From the NCBI GenBank assembly GCA_964371595.1, contig CAYJNJ010000003.1:21094-85093 (forward strand): 64,000 bases of DNA, read 5' to 3'. Both the position numbers and the translations under genes were made by a program. The notes under the pieces were generated by a model. It searched no databases. It was given only the letters and a program-made list of their open reading frames with translations, and was not told the DNA's origin. Shown piece by piece: positions 39,688 through 48,668 of the stretch (its first letter is position 1; every line of letters begins with the position of its first letter). This stretch comes from an uncultured Bacteroidales bacterium (GTDB lineage: Bacteria > Bacteroidota > Bacteroidia > Bacteroidales > JAGOPY01).

Positions 39688-40340
39688 TGAGAACAGATCT
39701 GAGGTATAATTTTATAGCCATCGAAGGCAATATAGGGGCAGGGAAAACCACCCTGGCCCAGAGAATGTCGGAAGATTTCAATGCCCGCCTGATCCTGGAA
39801 AGGTTCGAAGACAATTCGTTCCTGCCGAAATTTTATGAATTTCCTGAAATTTATGCGTTTCCACTGGAAATGTCGTTCCTGGCTGAGCGTTACCAGCAAT
39901 TAAAGGATAAGCTTGCAATGCAGGAGCTCTTTTCTTCATTTACCATTTCCGATTATATTATTGACAAATCCCTGATATTTGCAAGGAACAACCTGAAAAC
40001 CGATGAATTCAGCTTGTATTCCAGGTTGTTCCACATTATCAGCGCTTTTCTCCCCCGGCCTGACCTGCTCGTCTACCTTTACCTTGATATCCCCAAATTA
40101 AAGGATAATATAAAGAAAAGGGGAAGGGATTATGAGCAGTCTATCCAGCCGGAATATCTTGAAAATATCCAGGCGGGTTATATGAACCATTTCCGTTCGT
40201 TAAGCAACCAGCGGATATTGATCATAGACACTAATTCTGTCGATTTTTTACAGAACGATAAAGATTACCAGGCAATACTCAATCTTATTCATGCTGATTA
40301 CGATGTCGGCATTAACCGGGTGTTTTTATCTGAGAGATAA
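39687..40340 (+). CDS. Deoxynucleoside kinase
   Basis: P-loop IEGNIGAGKTTLA and the dNK-family layout (ERF...F, lid region RGRDYE). Confidence 0.75.
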   Translation: MRTDLRYNFIAIEGNIGAGKTTLAQRMSEDFNARLILERFEDNSFLPKFYEFPEIYAFPLEMSFLAERYQQLKDKLAMQELFSSFTISDYIIDKSLIFARNNLKTDEFSLYSRLFHIISAFLPRPDLLVYLYLDIPKLKDNIKKRGRDYEQSIQPEYLENIQAGYMNHFRSLSNQRILIIDTNSVDFLQNDKDYQAILNLIHADYDVGINRVFLSER

Positions 40341-40347
40341 AAAACCG

Positions 40348-40860
40348 CTATTTTGAAAATACGTAATCCTTGCTGCTTGCCTGGGTGTGGCAGGAAATGC
40401 ACATGCCTCCGAAAAGGTCAGATCCGCGTAGCTTTCCACCACTGCCGTCGTCTGCAATCGTTCCATCTGAATTTAACACGAACCATTCCCAGTCTCCGCC
40501 ATCCGTATTGAAATTGTTGCCACGTTTTGCAAGCCCGGTAAATTCATTTACAGTGGCACCCGGATTAGAGGAATGTTTTACAATGAGAGTGCCAACAGGA
40601 TAAACGCCATTGCTGGGATCCTGGCCATTTTTGAAATAAATCTCGCGGACCACGGTGCTGTCATTCCCGCCATGGCCTGAACCCAATGAGGGATCAGGTC
40701 CCTGGTTTGTAGCCTCAAGCGGCCAGCTCATGAAGCTTGTAAAGGTATTGTCGTCGGCGATAAACTCCTGGTTCACATCCTCATCCTCTTTACATGATTG
40801 AATCGTAACTGCCCCAAGGAATACCAGTGAGGCCATTGTAATCATTTTAGTCATTTTCAT
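40348..40860 (-). CDS. Cytochrome P460-like heme lipoprotein (last gene of the hvf-like operon)
   Basis: Lipobox VTIQSC. The C-terminal GDWEWFVLN...CISCHTQASSKDYVF carries a CxxCH heme motif in the context I recall for P460-family proteins. Starts 12 nt after the DUF2063 gene stop. Confidence 0.45.
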   Translation of the reverse strand: MKMTKMITMASLVFLGAVTIQSCKEDEDVNQEFIADDNTFTSFMSWPLEATNQGPDPSLGSGHGGNDSTVVREIYFKNGQDPSNGVYPVGTLIVKHSSNPGATVNEFTGLAKRGNNFNTDGGDWEWFVLNSDGTIADDGSGGKLRGSDLFGGMCISCHTQASSKDYVFSK

Positions 40861-40871
40861 AATTGTAAAAT

Positions 40872-41624
40872 TTAGTTTGTAAAACCTATTATTAACTTAC
40901 TGTTTAATGCGTTTTCAATGAATTTTATGGAATTTTCATAAACCATTTTTTCTTCCGGTAATCCAAAATCTTTTGCAGTCACTTTTATAAGCTCATCTAT
41001 TCCAACAGAATAGTTAGCCAAATGTTCAACCATCCTGGTGAAAAATGGCGATAAACCAGTGAAATGAACTTTCCCGCTTGCCGGTTCACGGTGCATGACC
41101 AGGTAGTAATTGCCCTTGTCATCCGGCTGGATCAGGCTGGCCTGCTTAAGGTGGACCGGGTAATTGAGGGCAATCAACCGGTATTCCGGATTGAGTACCA
41201 GCTTCCCATTTCCGAAAATATCGCGCTCCTGGTATTGTACTTGCCGGTCTTCCATCATATATAATTCTATTTCAATCCATTCCATCCATAATAGGTCCTG
41301 CAGAAACGGATATTTTACCAGTAACTGATGATTTGCTTCCACGATATATTCATAAAATTCCTTTGGCATAGTCCATACCTGTGGAGACTGGCATGGATGA
41401 TCCGCGAAAAATTCATGCGCCAGGCCGTCCCATTCTTCCTGGCTAAGCAAATTGCGTGTTAGCGGATAAGCGGAAGCCAGGCTGTCGTTGATGATATTGA
41501 ACACCAGCCTCCGGTAATGGCGGACCCTTTGATCATCCACGCCGGGAATATCCTGCAAAATGCCAGTACGGCAATAGTTTGCGAGTGCCGACTGTGCGGC
41601 GCCTGTATTTTGTTTAAGCAACAT
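40872..41624 (-). CDS. hvfC: DUF2063-type partner protein (HvfC/MbnC-like)
   Basis: 250 aa, overlapping the DUF692 gene by 11 nt. Size and position match the canonical partner of DUF692 enzymes. Family call is from recollection. Confidence 0.55.
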   Translation of the reverse strand: MLLKQNTGAAQSALANYCRTGILQDIPGVDDQRVRHYRRLVFNIINDSLASAYPLTRNLLSQEEWDGLAHEFFADHPCQSPQVWTMPKEFYEYIVEANHQLLVKYPFLQDLLWMEWIEIELYMMEDRQVQYQERDIFGNGKLVLNPEYRLIALNYPVHLKQASLIQPDDKGNYYLVMHREPASGKVHFTGLSPFFTRMVEHLANYSVGIDELIKVTAKDFGLPEEKMVYENSIKFIENALNSKLIIGFTN

Positions 41625-42444
41625 AAGAGGGTTCTTTAACCAGTGATCTTGTTTTTATTTCCCTGAGCATGTTAACTTCTTGCTGTAGCTCCTCAAGTTC
41701 AGGGATATTGAAATCTCTTTCCAGAAGGACCGGGACATCATGCCCAAGTTTTTTCATGGTAAATTCAAATAAATCATACACCGGGTCAATGATCGGCTGT
41801 CCATGCGTATCGATGATCAGGTCTTCGGATACTTTCTGGTGGCCGGCCATATGAATATATTTCACCCTTTCCATCGGGAGCCGGCTGATGAATTGCCTGG
41901 CATCGTAATGATGATTAAAGCTGTTAACGTAAACATTGTTTACATCAAGCAGAAGTTCGCAGTCAGATTCTTCCAGGATCGCATTAACGAAATCAATTTC
42001 CTTCATCTCGGCTGCGACTGATGTGTAATAACTTACAATCTCAATGGTCAGCCTGCGTTCCAGGAACTCCTGGACAGTCCTTATCCGTTGTGATACGTGC
42101 TTCACGGCATCACCGGTAAAGGGTACCGGAAGAAGGTCGTAAAGATGGGCGTTGTCACATTTGGCAAAGCTCAGATGCTCGGAGTACACACTGGCTCCCG
42201 TTTCATCCAGGAAGGATTTGATCTTGCCAAGGAAGTTGAAGTCAAGGTCATCGGGGCTGCCTATGGAAAGTGAAAGCCCGTGGGTAAAGAGCGGATATTT
42301 TTCCAGCGCTTTCCTGAATTCTTTCATCCAGTACCCCCCGATTCCTATCCAGTTCTCAGGGGCTACCTCGATGAAATCAGGGGTGAGTTTCTCACCCTGG
42401 AGAAACTCACCCGCAAAATCCCGGCGAAATCCAATGCCTACCAT
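41614..42444 (-). CDS. hvfB: DUF692 / MNIO (multinuclear non-heme iron oxidase) family enzyme (HvfB/MbnB-like)
   Basis: VGIGFRRDF, DFIEVAPENW, THGLSLSIGS, YSEHLSF, YIHMAGH, IIDTHGQPI and VLLERDFN match the TIM-barrel metal-ligand pattern I recall for DUF692. Start set at ATG 42444, 1 nt after the precursor stop. Confidence 0.75.
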   Translation of the reverse strand: MVGIGFRRDFAGEFLQGEKLTPDFIEVAPENWIGIGGYWMKEFRKALEKYPLFTHGLSLSIGSPDDLDFNFLGKIKSFLDETGASVYSEHLSFAKCDNAHLYDLLPVPFTGDAVKHVSQRIRTVQEFLERRLTIEIVSYYTSVAAEMKEIDFVNAILEESDCELLLDVNNVYVNSFNHHYDARQFISRLPMERVKYIHMAGHQKVSEDLIIDTHGQPIIDPVYDLFEFTMKKLGHDVPVLLERDFNIPELEELQQEVNMLREIKTRSLVKEPSYVA

Positions 42445-42445
42445 T

Positions 42446-42871
42446 TTATTCGTTCCCGCATTTGCCTTCACCACACTTAGCTTCAGTGCTCTTGCTGTCT
42501 TTTGCAGCAGAAACAGTATCAGCAGTTGCACCGGCCTTCATTTCTTTGGAATCGCCTTCTCCACACTTGCCTTCTCCACACTTACCTTCGCCGCATTTGG
42601 CCTCAGTCGATTTATCGTCGGCCTTTTTAGCGGCAGGTTCAGTTTTAGTATCTGCCGGAGCTTTCTTGGCATCTTCACCGCAGGTAAGCTCCAGCAGGAA
42701 ATTCCTGATACTGGTTTCAGACTGATTGAGAAGGTTTGCCCGCACTATTGATCCGGAACCCAGTACATTGAAGCGGAATAAGTCGCTTGAAGCTGCATTA
42801 AGATTTGCTGCTCCGAATACTGCACCGGCGATCAGGGTGCCGGCAACGATTGATTTTTTTGTGTTATTCAT
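42446..42871 (-). CDS. hvfA: HvfA-like Cys-Gly-repeat RiPP precursor (putative oxazolone/thioamide metallophore)
   Basis: 141 aa with signal peptide MNNTKKSIVAGTLIAGAVFGAANLNA, then TCGED, AKCGEGKCGEGKCGEG and AKCGEGKCGNE. That is six Cys, each followed by Gly. Confidence 0.65.
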   Translation of the reverse strand: MNNTKKSIVAGTLIAGAVFGAANLNAASSDLFRFNVLGSGSIVRANLLNQSETSIRNFLLELTCGEDAKKAPADTKTEPAAKKADDKSTEAKCGEGKCGEGKCGEGDSKEMKAGATADTVSAAKDSKSTEAKCGEGKCGNE

Positions 42872-43050
42872 TTTTTTAAGTATTTAAGTGATTAAATTTG
42901 TTTTCTGCCCGAACAGTAGACGAAGTGCCGCTTTCCTGACAAAAATGAATAAAATAATTTGATATAATTTATATGTTACTGATTTACAATACTATTCCTG
43001 TAAAAAAAAATTATTGATAAATTATGTTGTTTTAAAATTTCTGTTAAATC

Positions 43051-43608
43051 ATGACCGGATATAAAAGCAATCTGACACGTTGGGTACTGGATTATACCGA
43101 TGAGTTATACTCGTGGGCATATTATAAGGTGTCGGATGATGAGCTTGCAAAAGACCTTGTCCAGGATACTTTCCTGGCTGCGGCGGAGAAGGTTAAGGAA
43201 TTTAAAGGTGAAAGTTCCCCGAAGACCTGGCTTTTCTCCATCCTGAATTATAAAATCATTGATGTTTACCGGAAGAAAGTAAATAAGCCGATTACCCGCG
43301 AGCCATCAGGGTTTTTGGATTTTTTTGATGAAGAAGGGAGTTGGCAGCTTGAAAAACGACCGAAAGACTGGCATGACCAGGATGAAAACCTTTTTGATAA
43401 TGCAGAATTTCAGTTAGTGCTAAAATATTGTCTTGAAGCTTTGCCGGAAAAATGGAATACCTGCATCAGGTTGAAATACCTTACCGAAAAAAGTGGGGAT
43501 GAGATCTGTCAGGAAGTTGGATTGACGACGACTAATTTCTGGCAAATCATTCACAGGGCAAAACTCCAGTTAAGGGATTGCGTTGAAAAGAATTGGTTTC
43601 AAAATTGA
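43051..43608 (+). CDS. ECF-type RNA polymerase sigma-70 factor
   Basis: Region 2 is DLVQDTFLAAAEKVKEFKG..PKTWLFSILNYKIIDVYRK. Region 4 is EICQEVGLTTTNFWQIIHRAKLQLR. Confidence 0.8.
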   Translation: MTGYKSNLTRWVLDYTDELYSWAYYKVSDDELAKDLVQDTFLAAAEKVKEFKGESSPKTWLFSILNYKIIDVYRKKVNKPITREPSGFLDFFDEEGSWQLEKRPKDWHDQDENLFDNAEFQLVLKYCLEALPEKWNTCIRLKYLTEKSGDEICQEVGLTTTNFWQIIHRAKLQLRDCVEKNWFQN

Positions 43609-43616
43609 TGTGAGCG

Positions 43617-43880
43617 ATGAAAAAATTAATGCACATATTATTCCTTTCCTGCCTGAAAGCCACCGAGTTGATTGAAAAGAAGCTCTATTTCAAACTATCA
43701 TACAGGGAAAAAATGCAATTGAAAATGCACAAGATGATGTGTGATGCCTGCACCAATTATGAGCATCAGAGCACCATCCTTGATAAAGCGATGCAAAATC
43801 AGGCAAATCCCGAAAATCTTACCCTGGACCTTGACGCGTTCAAAAAGGATATCCTCAGAAAAATGGAGGAATCGAAATAA
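43617..43880 (+). CDS. Putative anti-sigma factor (zf-HC2-like)
   Basis: 87 aa, starts 8 nt after the sigma gene. HKMMCDAC matches the H-x3-C-x2-C anti-sigma motif. Confidence 0.5.
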   Translation: MKKLMHILFLSCLKATELIEKKLYFKLSYREKMQLKMHKMMCDACTNYEHQSTILDKAMQNQANPENLTLDLDAFKKDILRKMEESK

Positions 43881-43955
43881 TTTGTATCCCAGCTTGCAAC
43901 TGATAAATTTCTTTATTACAGGGATGTCAGGATCAGTCTGACTGACCGACAATTC

Positions 43956-44432
43956 ATGAAATTAAGTCAAATTTTAAAAATGATAAAAATGCAAGCAATT
44001 CAAATGTATCAAAAAGTTACCGGCAAATTGTCGAATTTACACGACCTTCCCTTATTATTATTCAGATTGATCCTGGCGGTAGGATTTTTTACCCCGGCCA
44101 TGATGAAATGGAAAAACATCGGCGGAATTGCCGAATGGTTTGGCAGCATGGGCATCCCGATGCCATTCCTGAACGCTTACCTTGCAGCCTCCACGGAAAT
44201 GGCTGCTGTAATTTTATTACCCCTGGGCCTTGCCACACGTTTTATTTCGATCCCTCTAATGTTCACTATGGTAGTAGCCGTTGTAACGGTCCATATTGGA
44301 AATGGATTTAATGCCGGCGACAATGGTTACGAGATCCCTCTCTATTATATGATCATGTTGGTTGCCCTTCTCATAAACGGCGCAGGCAAATTCAGCCTGG
44401 ATCACTTGATTTTGAGGAGGATAAAATCATAG
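43956..44432 (+). CDS. DoxX-family membrane protein
   Basis: Four predicted TM helices and LLLFRLILAVGFF..G..K at the start, typical DoxX size. Confidence 0.65.
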   Translation: MKLSQILKMIKMQAIQMYQKVTGKLSNLHDLPLLLFRLILAVGFFTPAMMKWKNIGGIAEWFGSMGIPMPFLNAYLAASTEMAAVILLPLGLATRFISIPLMFTMVVAVVTVHIGNGFNAGDNGYEIPLYYMIMLVALLINGAGKFSLDHLILRRIKS

Positions 44433-44458
44433 ATCGCTCTGCCTTTCCTGATTAATGA

Positions 44459-45655
44459 TCAGGGAAGGCCATCTTTCTGTATCAATGTTTTGCTTTTCAT
44501 TGAGACCAGTCCCAGCGACATAATCAGGCTGGTAGACAGTACTACTACAAATAACAATCCGGTATTGGCTTCAGGAATATTAAATTTCTCCGGGATACTT
44601 AGAAATAAAAGGATGCTGATCAACCCACGGGGACTGATAAATAATTCCGGGAGCAATGGAATTCTACCAATAAATTTTAAGTAAAAACTCCGCAAGAAAT
44701 AAACGATCAGAATAATATACAAGCCTATTTTTAATGTATCCAGATCATTTAACACACCTAATTCGATTATAAACCCAAAAATGACAAAAAAGAAAGTCCT
44801 TACCAGGAATGCACTTTCTGCCGACATCCTGTAAAGTTGATTAAGGTCGGTGTCGAAGCCCTTATACATAAAATATTTTTGAAATATTTTGTTTCGGATC
44901 TGATTGGCATTACTGAGGAAGAGACCAAATGCGAGGACTATAATAAGTGAAGGTAAATGCAATATCCTGCCTGCACCGTAAACGAGCACAATAATAGACA
45001 GGATAAGGAAAAATTTAACCTGATGTTTAAGCCTTCCTATGATGTAGAGCAAAAGCAGGCAAAAAATTGCGGAAACCATGATTATCAGAATAGTATCCCA
45101 TGCCAGGATCGCAAAAGAAGTAAAGTCTATGGTTTCGTTATACAGGAAGAAATTGAATGCGATGATACCTAAAATGTCTGAAAAGGATGATTCGTAAATG
45201 ACAAACTCTTTCTTACTGGCAGAAAGGTTAGCGACTGAGGGAATAGCAATTGCTGAGCTAATGATACTATAGGGTATTGCATTTATAATGCAATGGCTCC
45301 AGCCGGCTCCGCTGGCTATTTGGAAAATATATCCGATTACGGCTATCGTCGCTAATAAAATAAAAAGAGCGGCAAGAAATGATTTCAGTATAACTTTGTT
45401 CTTTTCCCGGTCCCATTTGAGCTCTAAAGATCCTTCAAGGACTATAAGAATTAGTCCGATTGACCCGAGGGCAGGAAGCAGGTTAAGAAAATTGAATGTT
45501 GGAAGGTTAAAATAATCAACTACCAGGCGGATGAGAATGCCCAATAGCAAAAGTAGCGGAACAGAAGGCAGTTTTGTCCGCCTTGCGATCATGTCGAATA
45601 AATAAGAAAAAATCACAAGGCTGCTCAAAATGATCAGCACAGTATAAGTCAGCAT
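44459..45655 (-). CDS. Cation:proton antiporter (Na+/H+ exchanger family)
   Basis: 398 aa, about 11-12 TM segments. N-terminal ...ARRTKLPSVPLLLLLGILI pattern is typical of CPA transporters. Confidence 0.6.
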   Translation of the reverse strand: MLTYTVLIILSSLVIFSYLFDMIARRTKLPSVPLLLLLGILIRLVVDYFNLPTFNFLNLLPALGSIGLILIVLEGSLELKWDREKNKVILKSFLAALFILLATIAVIGYIFQIASGAGWSHCIINAIPYSIISSAIAIPSVANLSASKKEFVIYESSFSDILGIIAFNFFLYNETIDFTSFAILAWDTILIIMVSAIFCLLLLYIIGRLKHQVKFFLILSIIVLVYGAGRILHLPSLIIVLAFGLFLSNANQIRNKIFQKYFMYKGFDTDLNQLYRMSAESAFLVRTFFFVIFGFIIELGVLNDLDTLKIGLYIILIVYFLRSFYLKFIGRIPLLPELFISPRGLISILLFLSIPEKFNIPEANTGLLFVVVLSTSLIMSLGLVSMKSKTLIQKDGLP

Positions 45656-45771
45656 TTTTATTATTTATTTAATGGCTAAAAATAATACCAAATGGAATTA
45701 TAATCATCCACAAGGCATACTTTAAATTGCACTTTAAAGTTACCTGATATACCATTTTATTCACGTTGATA

Positions 45772-45808
45772 TAAAAAAAAGAGGACGAGCTCTGATGAGT
45801 CGTCCTCT
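45772..45808 (-). terminator. Rho-independent terminator after the OmpA/TPR gene
   Basis: GAGGACGA...TCGTCCTC stem, with an 8-nt T-run on the minus strand. Confidence 0.65.
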
Positions 45809-45830
45809 TTTAAAACTATTTATTTTGTGA

Positions 45831-48446
45831 TTAGTTCACCAGGCTGGTGAAATTCGGATCTGCAAAGTATTTGATGAATTCCCTGTCGATCTTGGCTTCG
45901 GTTTTGTAAGAAGCATCCATCTGGATAGCTTTGCCGAGGTTTTCGAACAACATGCTGGTATTGTTTGTGCGTGATCCAAGGATTGCCATCAGGTAATGGG
46001 TGGCTGCGTTTGGCGGAGCACATGACAGTTGCTTTTCAGCAGGAGGATAATTCTTGGATGCAATGTAAGCAAGGGCTACATTGTAATCGCAGGTCTTATT
46101 GCCGAACTGGCTGAGGGCCTTGGCATAGTCTCCCTTATGAATGCTGATCACGCCCAGGTTGTAATTGGCGTCGCTTCCCAACTGGTTAGCCTTGATGAAG
46201 TGTTCTTCAGCTTTAACATAATCGCCTTCCAGGCCATAAACAATGCCGAGGTTGTTGTGGACCTCACCGCTGTTGGCATTCAGACTGGCAGCTTTTTCAA
46301 GATGTGCTTTGGCAGCTGACATTTCATTAAGTTCGATCTCGATTGCTCCGGCATTGGCATAACCCTTATAGCTGGTCGGGAACTGTGTGATAGCAGTTTT
46401 GTAAATGCCAAGACGTACTTTCTTGTCGGTCTGCAGTGAAGCGGCATACAGGAGTTCTTTCTCGTCGAGTGCTGATGGATTAGAAGTTGAGAGGGCGATG
46501 ATTTCCTCTTTGGTCCTCTTGGGCTCATAGCAGTTCACTACGATCTCAGCCCTTCTGAGAGGATAGAGGAGCTTGACATCGATTTCGGGGTAGATCTTGA
46601 TCATGTTCCTGATCTCTTCTTCCTTCTTTGCCGGTGTTCCTGCTGAGTTGATCACATTGAGGATACTGCTCTTTTCCTTGATATCGGAATTCTGCAGGCT
46701 GGTGATAAAGCCGTTCCAATCCGGTCCGTGGTGTACCAGGTTATACTGGATATCCTTGGCGGCATCTTTAATGGTCAGCTTGGTCTCTTTAGCTTTGATA
46801 AGGCCTTTGATCTTGTCGACCATATAACCTTCGGCAGCCTTTGTCCTCTTTTCAGACAGGCCCTGGTTAAAGGTTTCTTCACCTTCAGGTGATGCCCAGC
46901 CGTCGATATTGATGTCCTTGATCTTGTAACCAAGGGCAACAAAGTTGATCATATCCTGCAGGGCGGTTTTGTTGGCTTCTACTTTATTCAGAGGCACATT
47001 CCAGTTAAGATTGAATTTATTGACCTCGAAATAGATTTTAGCTTCCTTGGTGAGGATTGTTTCCAGGACATATCCGTGAGGAACAATAGATCCGGTCTGG
47101 TTGAAAACAAACTTCTGCGGGGTAATGATGGTGCCGTCGGCAATTTTGGTAGCCGGGAGCGAAACATTTTTCTTATAGTTTTCGAGGATCTTCTCTTTGG
47201 TCAGGTCGGCCGGTAAATCAGATTTCGGGATAAAGGCCACCGGTTCGATGAATAATTCGGTTGCACGGCAAGCTTCATCATAATCGACTACGGTTTCGTA
47301 TGTGAATGAGCCACCATCTTTTGAGATCACGATACCTTCGCCGCCAACTTCAGTTCCTTTAAGCAGGATTGGCTTCAGCGCGATGGTTTTTCCGTCGCAT
47401 ACGAGGTAAGGTTCAGCCCACATTGCGGCTTTCGGGTGGAAATAACCTTCCGGGAAGGTGCCGGTAACTTTGATGGCAACTTTCTCGCCATGAGCTTCCA
47501 GCGGATCAGGTTCAGCCTTGTAGATAACCTGGCTGTAATTCTTTTCCATCTTCTTCAACGGGTTCGATTCCACAAATTTGTAGGTCAAACCAACTGAAAA
47601 ATAGCTGTACATATCATTATATACCATCTGCTCGCCATTTTCCATGTTGTCGAGGAAGTCTCCATGCCTGAATTCGGGATTATGGCCGCCACCGGGATTT
47701 GTTGCACTACCACCGGTCAGCGTTTTAAACTGGAATTCAAGATTAGCATCTAACTGGGGAATGATATGGAATGCACCACCAATCCCACCGCTGATATGTG
47801 ATTTCCTGTTCCATCCGTCTTTAAATCCACCATGATAGCCTTTGTAATTCGCGAAAGGAAGGGCGCCTACAGGTGCAATGTCCTTGCCATCTTCCCATCG
47901 TAATGTGGCGGTACCGTCATCTTCAAAATAGTACCCTTCTGATGTCCATTCCGTAAAACCAAATCCGACGATGCCATAGACATCAACAAACCTGTCCGGG
48001 TTATAACCTGAGATCAGGTTGCTGAAATTTACAGTTCCTTCAAGGTTATAATCGAATAATTTAGCCCTGTAAAATATACCGTTGGCAAATCTTGGGTCAA
48101 GGGTCTGCATCCAGAAGACATTTTTCTTGCTCTGGCCATATAATTCACCAAAATTTAAACCGGCCCTGAGACCCCAGATCGGGTGAAACTGCCAGCCGAA
48201 ATTCCCGCCCCAGCCAAAACGCCAGTTGGAGATCGGTGATAGATACTTATTGATGACAACGTCAGTGTTTTGCTGTACTCCTGAAACGTGAAGGTTGATA
48301 AACCAATAGTTGTCAAAAGCTTCTTTTTTCTCTTTATGGGTCATTTTTTTCTCTGCCACTGTATCCTGGGCAAAAGTCAGGTTGGGCATAATGGCAAACA
48401 TCGTTACTATTACACAACTTACAAGTAATTGGTAAAATTTTCTCAT
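45831..48446 (-). CDS. OmpA-family protein with N-terminal beta-barrel-like region and C-terminal TPR repeats
   Basis: Signal peptide and an OmpA-like segment INIDGWASPEGEETFNQGLSEKRTKAAEGYM. TPR repeats include LGIVYGLEGDYVKAEEHFIKANQL. Confidence 0.65.
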   Translation of the reverse strand: MRKFYQLLVSCVIVTMFAIMPNLTFAQDTVAEKKMTHKEKKEAFDNYWFINLHVSGVQQNTDVVINKYLSPISNWRFGWGGNFGWQFHPIWGLRAGLNFGELYGQSKKNVFWMQTLDPRFANGIFYRAKLFDYNLEGTVNFSNLISGYNPDRFVDVYGIVGFGFTEWTSEGYYFEDDGTATLRWEDGKDIAPVGALPFANYKGYHGGFKDGWNRKSHISGGIGGAFHIIPQLDANLEFQFKTLTGGSATNPGGGHNPEFRHGDFLDNMENGEQMVYNDMYSYFSVGLTYKFVESNPLKKMEKNYSQVIYKAEPDPLEAHGEKVAIKVTGTFPEGYFHPKAAMWAEPYLVCDGKTIALKPILLKGTEVGGEGIVISKDGGSFTYETVVDYDEACRATELFIEPVAFIPKSDLPADLTKEKILENYKKNVSLPATKIADGTIITPQKFVFNQTGSIVPHGYVLETILTKEAKIYFEVNKFNLNWNVPLNKVEANKTALQDMINFVALGYKIKDINIDGWASPEGEETFNQGLSEKRTKAAEGYMVDKIKGLIKAKETKLTIKDAAKDIQYNLVHHGPDWNGFITSLQNSDIKEKSSILNVINSAGTPAKKEEEIRNMIKIYPEIDVKLLYPLRRAEIVVNCYEPKRTKEEIIALSTSNPSALDEKELLYAASLQTDKKVRLGIYKTAITQFPTSYKGYANAGAIEIELNEMSAAKAHLEKAASLNANSGEVHNNLGIVYGLEGDYVKAEEHFIKANQLGSDANYNLGVISIHKGDYAKALSQFGNKTCDYNVALAYIASKNYPPAEKQLSCAPPNAATHYLMAILGSRTNNTSMLFENLGKAIQMDASYKTEAKIDREFIKYFADPNFTSLVN

Positions 48447-48495
48447 ATAAGTAAAATTTAAAGTTAATCCGCTGTAATTGGCTTTATACTATATG

Positions 48496-48503
48496 CAAAG
48501 ATA
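48496..48503 (-). promoter_or_regulatory. -7 box TATCTTTG (minus strand) upstream of the OmpA/TPR gene
   Basis: Reverse complement of CAAAGATA. Matches TAnnTTTG about 50 nt before the start at 48446. Confidence 0.35.
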
Positions 48504-48668
48504 GAAAGATATCATAATAATCCAAACTAGTACCTGCTTAATAATTTATCTCCTGATTTCTCTGGGTTAGTTATCGTTTATTCATTAACAAAGGTAAATT
48601 TATTTATTAGCAATGTCAATACGTAGATATAAAAAGATCGACAACCGGATGTTAATAAATATCCTGAT

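Noticed and set aside
42445-42531. Upstream extension of the DUF692 ORF overlapping the precursor gene.
   Set aside because: The extension has no family similarity and would overlap hvfA by 86 nt. The ATG at 42444 gives the conserved MVGIGFR start 1 nt after the precursor stop.
42872-43050. ECF-type promoter for hvfA (minus-strand TGTCAGG ... CGTCTA at 42935-42941 and 42917-42922).
   Set aside because: The spacing between the candidate -35 and -10 elements (about 12-13 nt) is shorter than expected for ECF promoters, and I cannot test specificity. It is left as an unverified idea.
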